In this document: one piece after another, positions 12,084-23,870 of the stretch
How positions within the stretch are numbered: position 1 is the first letter of the stretch
Layout: every line of letters starts with the position of its first letter
From: Chiloscyllium plagiosum
Lineage: Eukaryota
NCBI RefSeq assembly: GCF_004010195.1
Contig: NC_057751.1
Span: 18,893,891-18,957,890, forward strand
Direction of reading: 5' to 3'
Length of the DNA stretch: 64,000 nucleotides
Made by a program: the position numbers and the translations under genes
The notes under the pieces: model-generated
Databases searched by the model: none
Told to the model about the DNA's origin: nothing
The model's input: only the letters and a program-made list of their open reading frames with translations

Positions 12084-13530
12084 ATGGCACTTAAAATTGC
12101 AAAAACTGTTCTGGGATTTCATGATGATTCTCAATTTTATCAAAAAAGTTCAGAAGGAAAGGAAATGGCCATAATTTTAGAATTAACAAATAAGCTAGAT
12201 TTGAGTTTAATTAAAGAGAAAAGTAAAGCTGAATTCATGGAATTAGTCAAACACATAGCGATGTAAGAGAAACAGACGCGTGCAATAGAGGTAGGAAAAC
12301 TTAAATTATCATTAAGGAAAATTGAGTTATAATGTAAACAAAGAGTGAGAAAGGAAAGTCAAAGGGAGAGAAAAAGGGAAAGAAAGAATGAAGGAAGAGA
12401 AAAAAGAGCGAAAGACAAAGAGAGAGAGAAGAGAGGGGGAGAGAGGAAACAGAGAGAGACAAGGTTCTTGACTGAGCAAAGAGTGAGAGAAGAAAAGAAG
12501 AGAGAAAGAAAGAGAGAGGACAAAAAGAGAGAAAAGGGTTCTTAGCTGAGTCGACATTAAACAAATTTTCTCACCTAAGTTTTATTTAAAATAACTTGCA
12601 AGTGTTTAAATCTGCTGTGGTTTTTCGTAACTCTGAACCTATTTAAATCTTTCTAAAACATTTCAGATCCTGGCGACGAGCACCCAAAATGTTATGACAC
12701 GGTGTTAGAGAATTTGAAATTTAGAAATTTCGACTCAGTCAGCGAAGTCAAGTAAAGAGAATGGAGATTAAAGGAGAGAGTGGTGGTATATATAAATATG
12801 TCAAAACTCTGCCGCATTTGAATGAGAAAAATGTTTAAGCATTCTATATTCCATTCACAAAATTGGTTGGCAGATGGAGTGGTCTGAGAATTTATGGGTA
12901 ATGCTAATTCAGACTAAATTTCTAGGCAGAGCTAGTGAGGTTTTTGCTGTACTATCAAATGAAGGGTCAAGAGAATATGAACTGGTTAAACAGGTTATTT
13001 TAAGTGCTTGTGAATTGGTATCAGTAGCATATAGGCAGCATTCAGAAACACAAAATAAGTTACCGGATCAGACATATGTTGAGTTCAAAACAATTAAATC
13101 TCGTCATTTTAGTCGATGGAGTCATGCTTTGGAAATGGATAAGACCCGTGAGGCGGTAAGAGAGATTATTCTGCTTGATGAGTTTAAAATACACTTCCAG
13201 TGACGGTAATAATTCAGGTGGAGGAACAGAAGGTTCAGAAAGTGAGAAGGGTAGCAGAATTATCAGATGAGTACATGTTGGTGCATAAGACAATCTTCTG
13301 GCCAGAATTTCGTCCTGTGAGGGATAGAAGTTGGGAGAAGGGGAGATCCTACACTACGAAACCAAGAGCAGAGAGCACTGGGAAGTATTTACCACAGGAT
13401 CAAAGAGGAACGCAAGAAGGTGGAAAGGAGGTGAATGGCATCAGGCTCCACTGTGGTAAAGTGGGACACGTCACAGTGCTGGTCGTTAAAGAAAGGCACT
13501 ATGGGAAAAGATGTGGTAAAAGAAGCTAAG
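12084..13530 (+). pseudogene. gag: Gypsy gag remnant (E/K/R-rich coiled region, SCAN-like capsid region, zinc knuckle)
   Basis: ORFs 12084..12266, 12345..12545, 12874..13203 (YELVKQVIL..ELVSVAYRQ...REIILLDEF) and 13200..13529 (HCGKVGH). Confidence 0.75.
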
Positions 13531-13591
13531 CCAGTGATATTAGTAAAGGTAGTAAAGAAAACTCCAAGAAGAGCTGAGGAGCTGCAGGAGA

Positions 13592-15733
13592 GTGCATAGC
13601 CTAGGCAGGGCTGGGCTGTGCGAGAAGGTTATGCATAGCTTAGTTATACAGCATTTGAAATCCAGTGCATATCATCCTAAATCCCAGGGAGCTATAGAAA
13701 GGGAGCGTCTGACATTGAAGACCGTGTTGAGAACATACTGTCAAGATTACCTAAATGATTGGGGTAAAGGCATACCATTCCTATTTTTGCCATTAGAGGT
13801 GCCCGAAACGGATCTGCACAGTTCACTTTCTTCGCGTTAATATTTCGTCATGAAGTGAGAGGCCCGTTGAAATTAGTTAAAGAGAGATTGACCGGACCAA
13901 AGGCAGAGATCTCGCATTTAGATTATGTATCAGAGAATAGGGAGAGATTAAATACAGTAGATAAGTTAGCTGAACAGCACTTAAAGATGGCACAGTATAG
14001 AATGAAGCAGGTGGCAGATAAAAGCTCTGAGACTCAGATGTTTACGTAGGGATGGCATGTTAGTACTATTACCAGTGACAGGAGATTCCTTCAAAGCTAG
14101 GTTTAATAGTCTCCATCAAATTGTGAAAAAGTTGAGTCAGGTGAACTATCCAGTAAAGATGCCAAGAAGAAAGAAAAGGTATCGGGTATGTCACGTTAAC
14201 ATGTTGAAACCGTATTGCTCTAGAGAGCAAGAACGGGAGAAACAGGTGTTAGTTACTGCCCTGCAGAGTAAGGAATCAAATCCAGATGATGTGGATTTTT
14301 ATGTTCCTCAAAATAGATTGAAAAACGAAGAAATTCGTGAGGAGTGGGACAGGTTAGTAAGATGTCTCAGGAGCATAGAACGCAGTTGAACGATTAGTTA
14401 CTGCAGTATAAGGACATATGTAAGATTCAGGTGGGTGGACTTGAAGTAGAAGTAGGGAATACTGTTCCGATAAGACACCACCCCTATTGGCTTAATCCTT
14501 TCAAAGCCAGACAGGTCCAGATGGAAGTGTAGGCCATGCTCGACGAGGGTTTCATTGAACCAAGCCAGAACGATTGTAGTTCACCAATTGTCTTGGTTCC
14601 CAAACCTGACAGGACTCAACGATTATGCGTGGATTATCAGAATGTCAGTGTTATTAAAAAAAAATATCCACTCCCGAGATTGGTGGATTGTATCGAGACA
14701 GTCAAAAAGACAATTACATGACCAAATTCACCTTATTGCGTGGTTGCTGGAAGTAACCTTTATCAGAGACGGCGAAATAAATTTCTGTGTTTGTAACATC
14801 AAATGGGCTATATCAGGTAAAAGTGAGGCCCTTTGGAATGAAGAACACACCCGCCAAATTTCAAAGACTCATGAACAGAGTTGTGGCTGAGTTAACAAAC
14901 TGTGCAGTCTATTTGAATGATGCAGTGATTTTTAGTAACTCCCGAAAAGATCACTTAGTACCTTTTGCAGAGCAATTTGCATGACTAACAGAAACAAAAC
15001 TGGTGGTAAACTTAAATAAAACTGAAATTCTATAGAAGGTTAAACCCATGGAATGCAAAACCAAAGACAAACAACCTCGAAGAAAGTGGTGGTTCAATTC
15101 TTAGGACTCAATGAATTCTTTTGGAAGTTTGTTACAAACTTCAACAGTGTAGTCGCACCATTAAACGATTTGCTGAAGAAGAACAAAAAGCTTTGGCAGA
15201 CAGAACAATGCCAGGAGGCGCTCAATCATTTTGAATCAATATTAACCACCAAACCAGTTTTAGCTGCACGAAACTTTACGAAATCTTTTGAAGTCACCAT
15301 CGATGCTCGTCACATAGGAGTTAGAGCCGTACTTCTACAGTTCAATTCCTGATGAAGGACTTTTGCCCGAATCACCCATTTTTCTGCTCGTCGGATCTAC
15401 CTGACCTACTGTGGTTTTCCAGCATAAGATTCTCAACTTGAACTGCCACTTGGTTACTTTTCCCAGAAGATCAACATCCACCAGAGGAAATATTCCACAA
15501 TTGATATGGAAATATTGAGTTTGGAACTGGCCTTACAACATTTTCATCTGTATATCATGAATAATATATCGGAAATTGTTGTGTACACGGGTCACAATCC
15601 GCTCACTTTCTTCGAACTCTGTAAAGAAAAGAATATAAAACTATTTCCTAGAAGGCTTATTTTACAGACTTATAAGTTAAAGACCACACATAATGCGCGT
15701 TGTAAGAATGGAATGACAGATACATTGATTTGA
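13592..15733 (+). pseudogene. pol: Gypsy pol remnant in IN-RT-RNase H order
   Basis: Frameshifted ORFs 13592-14389 (integrase core and GPY/F region), 14536-14984 (RT), 15053-15733 (RT connection and RNase H). Confidence 0.85.
15341..15438 (+). mobile_element. Penelope family-B pLTR fragment inserted in Gypsy RNase H
   Basis: attcctgatgaaggacttttgcccga...cctgacctactgtggttttccagca interrupts the RNase H reading frame. Confidence 0.75.
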
Positions 15734-15953
15734 ATGATAGAGTTTAGATGAGATTTGGAATTATATAATTATATTTGGAATTATAAAATTATATAATTTG
15801 GAATTATATATGTATACACACACACACACATACAGCTATATGGGAAGAAGTTAAGGTGAACTTAACATAAAGTTATGTGCATGTTATTGTAATGTGTTTA
15901 AAAAGTGGAAAAAGCCATCCTTTGATCGATCTTTTTTTTTCCTAATGCGGAGG

Positions 15954-16748
15954 TGTTACGAAGTTGTGGGGGTACTGTATCTTTAAGAGAGTTAAAAACT
16001 AGCAATGGCAGCAGCAACTGTTCCCAGTAAGATACAATGTAACATTTTGTCCAGTTACTGGGTAGTTACTTGGGTAGCTGGTTGCCTGGAGACAAATAAA
16101 AATAGATTTCATTTAGGCCAAACAGTTTAAATTATATCCCGAAAATACAAAATTGCAATCCATTTCGAATTTAGCTGGATGTCTGAAGGCAAAAATAGAT
16201 TCTAAATAGCACAATCAGTTTAACTTATATCCGAAATGTACCAAACTCAATCCAATTTAAAATCGCTATATTGACAATCTGTAAAGTCATTTAGACAATC
16301 TGATGTTTTGGGAGTATAAGACTGGAGAAAAGTGAACAGTTTGGAGGAGAACTGACAAGTCAACATCATCTGCACACTATCTAGAGAATAGGTCTCTTGA
16401 AGAGATCTTTATCGGTCAGTAACCTGAGAAGCAGAATTCCCAGGAGGAAGGAAAAAAAAAGACAGGAAGCTCCCTGGTTTTGAGATAAGAAGTTTAGGTT
16501 TTTTTAAATCTTAATTGGGAGTTTATCACTCTGGTATAATAGAAGGGAATATAATAGGTAGCTTTGAGGAAGCAGTTTTAAATAGTTGTTAGTTAATTAT
16601 TATCTGTCATATTTTAAGAAATAAAGTTGTTAATTTTTACTTCAATTAGTTCTTGGCCTATCGAATTTTCACAGATTACTGCATAGCATAAATATTTTCT
16701 GTGTTGCTGTGTTAAAATGAGTACGAGGGTCTACCCCGTGTCATAACA
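15954..16748 (+). repeat. 3' LTR, with an internal ~95-bp tandem duplication
   Basis: tgttacgaag...taccccgtgtcataaca. Confidence 0.9.
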
Positions 16749-18214
16749 GCCAATTTACCAGTCAAGTTGGTTGCATTAAAATAGATAAAATTTAATTTTC
16801 TGGACCTCCCACTTAATTGATTATGCCTTCTTCGTTTGGTGTACTGTCCTAGTAGACCTTCCATATCTAGTTGGAACTTGCTTCCATCTTGTGTCCCAGC
16901 CTTCTTTCAAATTATTTTTAAAACTCCCCAACAGGCACAGAAAACCTCAGAAAACCTCCCTTCAAGTTTAATGGACCACTTTTCAGATCAGGTAATAATG
17001 GTCCAGCCTATCCAATGATCCAAACATCTAAAGTCTTCACTTCCACACCAGCTTTTCGTACATCACATGTTTGACCTACTCCCTATTCCTATATTTCGTA
17101 GCATGAAGCACTTGAAGTTTTCCAGAGCTTACAAATTTAGTCATCTTTCGTTTGATCTACTATCTAACTCACTTAGAACCATCTGTCCAAATTGGTTAAC
17201 TTTGATATCAAACCCCTCAAAATCATCAAAAATGAGGTTTATTTTCATTTCCATTCAGAGGATGCATTCAGCTGAGTCCAGAAGCAACTTCAGTCTCTGT
17301 GAGAAGCCCTTTAGGGCAATTCGAAAACCAGTTATCTCCGCAGAAGGGATGGCTTATGGAGACTTCAAATCTGGGAGAGTTTTGTGGCTCACCGTTCCAC
17401 TACAATACGTCTGAGACAACCATAGCAACAACCTTAGAAGTAACTTAATTGATTGCCCACGAAATCGATGGTAAAGTAAGTGCAGGATCCTAAAAGATGT
17501 ACGTAAGTTCTTTGGATATGAGAATCTGTGATGCATAGTATCGAAGATTTCATTTTACGATATGATTTGATGTCACTTTAATTGTCTGCTATGTTCAAAT
17601 ACCTTCCTTTTTAAATATTTTAATTTATGTAAGGAATTTAGTGTACTTAAAGAAAATTTGCAATTCGGATAACTATGTTTCAGTGAATAACGACCATCTT
17701 AAACAACTAAAAACAAAAGACAAACATATGATCTATAGAGTTAGCTCTGACATTAGAGTGTGACATCTCAACTGAGATCAAACCTAAAATTTGGAAGTGC
17801 TCGTGGCTAAAATGACCAGAGTGGCCCTGAGAGCTAGCATTCAGGTATAGTAGACCGTTCAGAATTTAAGAATTATTTTCCCTTGATTGCAAAGGGAATT
17901 GAGTACTGGAACAAAGATGATTGTTTCAGGTGTATATTTCACTGGTGAGACCATACCTGTGGTATTGACGGCAGGTCTTGTCCCGAAAGCAATGGAAGGA
18001 TTTCTGTGAATGGGGATTGCACATGTGGTTCACCAGACTGACTCTGGGAATGTTTGGAATGGTTTGCTCAGGAGATTGGATTCGCAGGGCTTTAGAAGAA
18101 AACTGCAATCTTTTGAAAGAAAGCAGTTTCAGAAAGGACGATGCCCCGGCTATGAGTTCTAGAACCAAGGAAAAGCTCAGAATAAATGATTTAAAGTCTG
18201 GGTAAGGAGCTCTG

Positions 18215-19850
18215 ACAGCACGGAGACAGGCCCTTCAACACAAACTGGTCTTTGTCAAACTAAATATCTATCCACGCTAACCCCATTTCCCTGCACTTGA
18301 CCCAAATCATTCTAATTTCATCTTATCCATGTATTTTTGACATGCCTTTGAAGTGTTTTTAATATACCCACCTGAGCCACTTCTGCTGACAGCTCATTCT
18401 ATTTATGTACTAACCTTTGTGTACAGAAGATGACCCTCATGTTACCTTTAATTCTATCCCATACTAACTTAAACTGATGTCCTCAATTATTCGATTCCCT
18501 AATCCTGGGGAAAAGACTGAGTGCATCCATGCCTCTCATGATCTTTTAAACTTATATAAGATACATCCCATGTCTCCTACGCTTGAAAGAAAAAAAAGAA
18601 AGTTCTACCTTGACCAGTCTACCTCAATAATGCAGACCATTAATTCCACGCAACATCCTCGTAAATTTCTTCTGTTCTCTTTCCAGTACAATAACATCCT
18701 TCCTTTAACAAAGTCACCAAAACTGAACACAAAACTCCAAGTGCGGCCTCACCAACGTTCTGTATAACTGCAACATAACTTCCCGATTCTTAGACGCATT
18801 GCCCTGACTGTTGAAGACTAACCTGCCTTATTCGCTACCCTGTCTACCTGTAACTCCACTTTCAGAAAACGGAAAAACTGACCTCCAGGGTCATCCTGTT
18901 ACACTACATTCCTTGAGGCCCTAACATTCACCATGAAACTCTTGAATTGATTTGAATTTCTAAAATGTGAGAGCTCACATTTCGCTATATTAAACTCCCC
19001 ATTTGCCATTTTTCGACCAAACGTCCAGTTGCAATTTCTGAGAGCCCTCCTCACTGTCCATAGTACCGCTTATGTTAGGGCCATCTGCAAACTTACTAAT
19101 CATGCCTTACACATGCTCATCCAAATCATTGTCATAGACAACAGTCAGTAATGGGCCAAGCACTGATCCCGAAGCAACCACTCGTCACAGGTTTCCATAC
19201 CCACAGGCATCCTTCCACTGTTACACTCTCCCTCCAACCATCAAGACAATTATGTATCCAATTTGCCAGTTGCCCCTGGATTCCATGCCAATTAGCCTTC
19301 CAGAGCAGCCTACCATGTGCAACCTTATCAAAGGCCATATTAAAATCCATGTAGACTCAGTTTATCACCATGTCCTCGTCAACCATCCTGGTCACTTCAG
19401 AGAACTCTAACAAATTTATGAGGCGTGATATCCCACGCAGAAAACAATGCTGATTGCTTCTAATCAAACCCCGTCTTTCCAAATGCATGTATATCTTATC
19501 TTTCAAAATATTCTCAAGTAGCTTAGCCACTGCAGATGCTAAGCCTACTGGTTTATAGTTCCCAGGCTTTTCTTTGCAGCCTTCCATGAATAATGGCATA
19601 ACATCACAACTCTCAAGTCTTCTAAAACTGTGGCTAATGATGTTGAAAAATATCAGCCAGGGCCCCCGCAATGTCTTCTCTAACTTTTTTATGGTTCTTC
19701 GATATATCTGGTGAGTACCAGGAGATTTATCCGCTTTCATCCATTCTAATAGATCTAACACCTCCTCTAATCTGATGTGGACTGTCCCAAAGATATCACC
19801 ACTAACTTCCCCAAGTTTCCAATTCTTGAAGTCTTTCCATATTAAGCACA
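18215..19850 (-). mobile_element. Decayed CR1 LINE RT and 3' end
   Basis: Minus ORFs: KEKPGNYKPVGLAS...NLLEF; MDFNMAFDKVAHGRLLWK. Confidence 0.85.
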
Positions 19851-19859
19851 GAGGAGGAA

Positions 19860-22800
19860 CCTCATGGTCATAGATTCCTACACTACAGAACCAGGCCCTT
19901 TGGCCCAAACTGGTTCATGCCGACCAAAATGTCCTTCCACGCTCATCTGGTTTCGCTGCACTTGGCCCATATCCTTCTAAAGCTTCCCTGTTCATATATT
20001 GACAAATGTCTAATAAATGTTCATAATGTATCCACCTCAACCACTTCCACATGCGTACCACCTCTGTTTAAAATGTGGTCACTCAGGTTCATTGTTATAC
20101 TTTCTCTTCTAACTGATGACCTTTAGCCCTCGATGCCCCATATCTGGGAAAAAGACTGAGTGCATTCACCCTAGCCATGCCGCTCATGATCTTAGACACT
20201 TCTATAAAATAGAAGTGACTCCATCCCCACTCCCTCCACCACCACACCCAATCCAGTTACAGGCTCTGCCCCCACTCCGAGGTCAACACCTACACCAGGT
20301 TCTAGCTCCCAGCCCTGCCGAGTTTTCACCATCTCCCCAAACCTTCCCCTCACTGAGGACAAACGACCAATCCTCAGGAAAGGCCTTACCTTTATCCCCC
20401 CCGTCCACACATCAATGAATTTAATACGCATCGTAACGTCGAACACTTCTACTGATGCTTCCGCCTCCAGAGATTACTTTTACAATCAGGACCCTGGCAC
20501 ACATTCTGAGGACCCTTTCACTCGCCTCCAACACACTCCATCCACCTGGACGCCCTGCGCTGGCCTATTACCTGCCATCAATCTCTTCATTTCCAACCTC
20601 TGCTGAGACATTAACCACCTCAATCTGTCTACCCCCCCACTTCAACCTCTCACCCTCACAACATGCAACCCTACACTCCCTCTGCTCCAATCCCAACCTC
20701 ACTATCAAACCAGAAGATAAAAGGTGTGCAGTGGTAGTTTGGTGCACTGACCTCTACGCCACTGAAGCCAGACAGCAATTCAAAGACACCTCCTCCTATC
20801 GACCCTCGATCATTACCCCACCCCCATCACCAAACCATCATCTCCCAGACCATACAGAACCGCATCACCTCAGGAGATCACCCACCCACAGCTTGCAACC
20901 TCATGGTCCGGGAACCCCGCACCACCCGATTCTACCACCTTCCCAAGATCCACAAGCCTGACCACCCCGCCCGACCCATTGTCTCAGCCTGTTCCTGCCC
21001 CACCGAATTCATACCCACCTACCTCGATACTCTCCTACCCCCCTAGTCCAGGAACTCCCCACATACGTTCGAGACACCACACACGCCCTCTACCTCCTCC
21101 AAGCCTTCTGTTTCTCCTGCCCCAAAGCCTCATCTTCACCATGGACATGCAATCCCTCTACACCTCCATCCGCCATGACTAGGGCCTTCAAGCCCTCCGT
21201 TTCATCCTCTCCCGACGTCTTCAACAGTACCCTTACACTGACACTCTCATTCGTTTGGCTGAACTGGTCCTTACCTTTAACAATTTCTCCTTCAAATCCT
21301 CTGACTTCCTCCAGACCAAAGGGGAAGCCATGGGTATCCATATGGCCCCCAGCTATACCTGTCTCTTTGTTGGCTATGTAGACCAGTCCATCTTCTGTAG
21401 TTACACCAGCACCACTCCCCACCTCTTCCTCTGCTGCATTGATGAATGCATCGGTGCCACCTCATGCTCCCACAAGAGGTTAAGCAGTTCATCAACTTCA
21501 CCAACACTTTCCATCTAAATCCTAAATTCACCTGGACCATCTCTGACACCTCCCTCCCCTTCCTGGACCACTCCATTCGATTAATGACGACCGACTTGAC
21601 ACTGACATTTTTTTAAAACCCACCGACTCCCACAGCAAAAAATGCCATCCCGTATTCCCAATTCCTCCGCCTCCGCCATATCTGCTCCCAGGAGGACAGG
21701 TTCCACCACAGAACACACTAGATGGCTTCTTTTTTTAGAGATCGCAATTTCCCTTCTCACGTGGTTGACGATGTCCTCCAATGCATCTCATCCACATCCC
21801 GCACCTCCAACCTTAATCCCCATCCCTCCATACTCCCAACAACCCACCCTCCCGTCCTGTCACCCTCCCCTGCCGCCGCAGGAATTGCAAACCCTGTGCC
21901 CGCACCTCCTCCCGCACCTCCATCCAAGGCCCCAAAGGAGGCTTCCACATCCATCAAAGTTTCACCTGCACAGCCACCAATGTCATTTATTGTATCCGTT
22001 GCTCCCGATGTAGTCTCCTCTACATTGGGAAGACTGGACGCCTCCTCGCAGAGCACTTCAGGGAACATCTCCGGGACACCGCACCAATCAACCCCACCGC
22101 CCCATGGCCCAACATTTCAACTCCCCCTCCCACTCTGCCGAGGATATGCAAGTCCTTGGCCTCCTCCACCGCCACTCCCTCACCACCCGACGCCTGGGGG
22201 AAGACCACATCAACGTCCACCCATGAACACTTCAACCCCTGGGCATCAATGTGGACTTCACCATTTTCCTCATTTCCCCTCCTTTCACCTTACCTCAGTT
22301 CCAACCTTCCAGCTCAGCACTGTCCTCAAGACCTGTCCTAACTGCCAATCTCCCTTCTCACCTATCCGCTCCTTCCTTCAACCTGACCTATCACCTCAAT
22401 CCACACCCCCATTCACCTATTGCACTCTTCGCTATCTGCTCCCCAGCCCCAACCTGCCCCATTTATATCTCCACCCTGGACGCTTCCTGCGTCTATTCCC
22501 GTTGAATGGCTTTGCCCGTAACGTCGAGTTTCCTGCTCCTCTGATGCTGCCTGACCTGCTGTGCTTTTCTAGCACCACTCTGATCTAAACTCTGGCTTCC
22601 AGCATCTACAATCCTCACGTTTACCTACTTCTATAAAATACTCCCGCAGTCTCCTAGCCTTGAAAGAAAGAGTTCTTGCTTATCTTACCTCTCCCTATGA
22701 CGCAGGTTGTTGATGCCTTTGTAAATGTCTTCTGCTCTCTTTCCAGTTTAATAACATATTTCCCATAGCAAAGTGATCAAAGTTGAAAGTGCAGTCTCAC

Positions 22801-22940
22801 CAACGTTCTGTGCAATTGCAAGATATATTCCCATCATCTATATCCAATGCCCTGACTAATGACGACCAGTATGCCAAACCCCTTCTTCACCTACCTGTTA
22901 CTCCATTTTCAATTAAACGTGCACCTGAATTCCAAAATCC
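19860..22940 (-). mobile_element. CR1 3' end split by the Penelope insertion (19860-20211 and 22627-22940)
   Basis: Colinear with 18215-18880 across the Penelope TSD. Confidence 0.7.
20212..22626 (+). mobile_element. Penelope-like element (family B), frameshifted RT plus GIY-YIG, 3' pLTR, 14-bp TSD
   Basis: TIKPEDK..AVVVW; LPKIHKPD..RPIVS; FTMDMQSLYTSI; LVLTFNNF..QTKGEAMG; GIY-YIG region NVIYCIRC...YIGKT; TSD acttctataaaata at 20198-20211 and 22627-22640. Confidence 0.9.
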
Positions 22941-23601
22941 CTCTAATCAATTGAATTCTTCACTAGATGATGATGAATCGTTGGAATTCTTTCCCCTAGA
23001 TAACAGCCAAAGCTCAATAATTAAGTACTAGCAAGACATGGCACATAGATGATCGGCCATGATTGGAAACTGGGGAGAACATGAAAGGAAAGCATTTCAC
23101 ATATCCCTAACTACTCACCATTTCCTTTCCATTATAGCAACCGTTATCCCGTGTTCAGGCTATCTCTGGCAACTTAAGCCATGAATTGCAGTGTGCAAAT
23201 TGCCTTGTAATTGCACGGTTGATTGCCTGCCTTTCTGAAACAAATCTCTGTGTTTGTTACTGCCCATCCTCTGCAAAACTTCTGTGGCTTGACTATTATC
23301 TCCATTAATTCCTTTACCAGCTCTCGTGTTCGATCAAGGGAAATACATCTTATTTTTTTCGGACAAAAAGCATTACATTCAAATGAGTTAAATTAAACTT
23401 GTTTGTTTAGTCACTGTCACTAACATCATTGCCTAAGGATCATAATTATGCAACTGGGAGGATGGAGTTTACTTAATAAAATGGTACATCTTTCGATATC
23501 TTTGCCACAGTGTTAGTTGCAGCAGCATACCCGGATCTAACAATGTCAGCAGAGACAGGGATTGAAATTCGCAATCAGAGAATTGTAGATTTCGGCGATG
23601 C

Positions 23602-23740
23602 AACAATGCACTAGACTCCGGCAGCAATAGATTGGAATCGGGCAACAGTTGTTTGGAATATGAGAACAACAGATTGGAATGGTACAGCAATAGTTCAGAA
23701 TATGAGCGCAATGGATTGGAATGGTAAATCAATGGGGAGG
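23602..23740 (+). repeat. 21-nt tandem repeat (about 6.5 units) spanning the GPCR 5' end
   Basis: Units aacaatgcactagactccggc / agcaatagattggaatcgggc / aacagttgtttggaatatgag / aacaacagattggaatggtac / agcaatagttcagaatatgag / cgcaatggattggaatggtaa. Confidence 0.85.
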
Positions 23741-23870
23741 GGTTTTAATGAGGTGTTGAATCATTTTGCTGCAGATTTTCTTCAGATGCGACTGACGCTT
23801 CGCATTCGAAGGGTCCTCCAGATTATGCAAGTAATTTATTATCCCTTTCTCGCTATTGTTGGGGTTCCGG
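23660..23870 (+). CDS. GPR139/GPR142-like class A GPCR, coding exon 1 (N-terminus and start of TM1)
   Basis: MRTTDWNGT...IMQVIYYPFLAIVGVP followed by G|gtgagt donor (phase 1); start codon uncertain. Confidence 0.8.

Larger units (their letters stand above)
11241..16748 (+). mobile_element. Gmr1-like Ty3/Gypsy LTR retrotransposon, decayed and internally deleted
   Basis: Paired LTRs tgtta...taaca (11241-11900, 15954-16748); tRNA-Pro-like PBS; gag with SCAN-like region and CGKVGH knuckle; integrase (SAYHPKSQGAIER; HVNMLKPY) precedes RT (SSPIVLVPKPD..RLCVDY; PFGMKNTPAKFQRLMN..YLND) and RNase H (FEVTIDA; VYTGHNPL). Confidence 0.9.
10330..17170 (-). mobile_element. Decayed CR1 endonuclease region split by the Gypsy insertion (pieces about 10330-11240 and 16749-17170)
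   Basis: Reverse-complement CR1 EN-like sequence on both sides of the LTR element. Confidence 0.55.

Noticed and set aside
12301..12564. Hydrophobic F/L/S-rich minus-strand ORFs resembling membrane peptides
   Set aside because: Antisense reading of the purine-rich E/K/R gag segment
15752..15832. Short atttggaattata repeats and (CA)n
   Set aside because: Local slippage in the Gypsy 3' UTR with no further structure
17230..17480. Possible upstream exon ending at gatg|gtaaag or aaa|gtaagt
   Set aside because: A donor-like motif alone is insufficient; no coding similarity recognised
21722..22588. 288-aa proline-rich ORF
   Set aside because: Mostly an off-frame reading of the C-rich Penelope GIY-YIG region and 3' end
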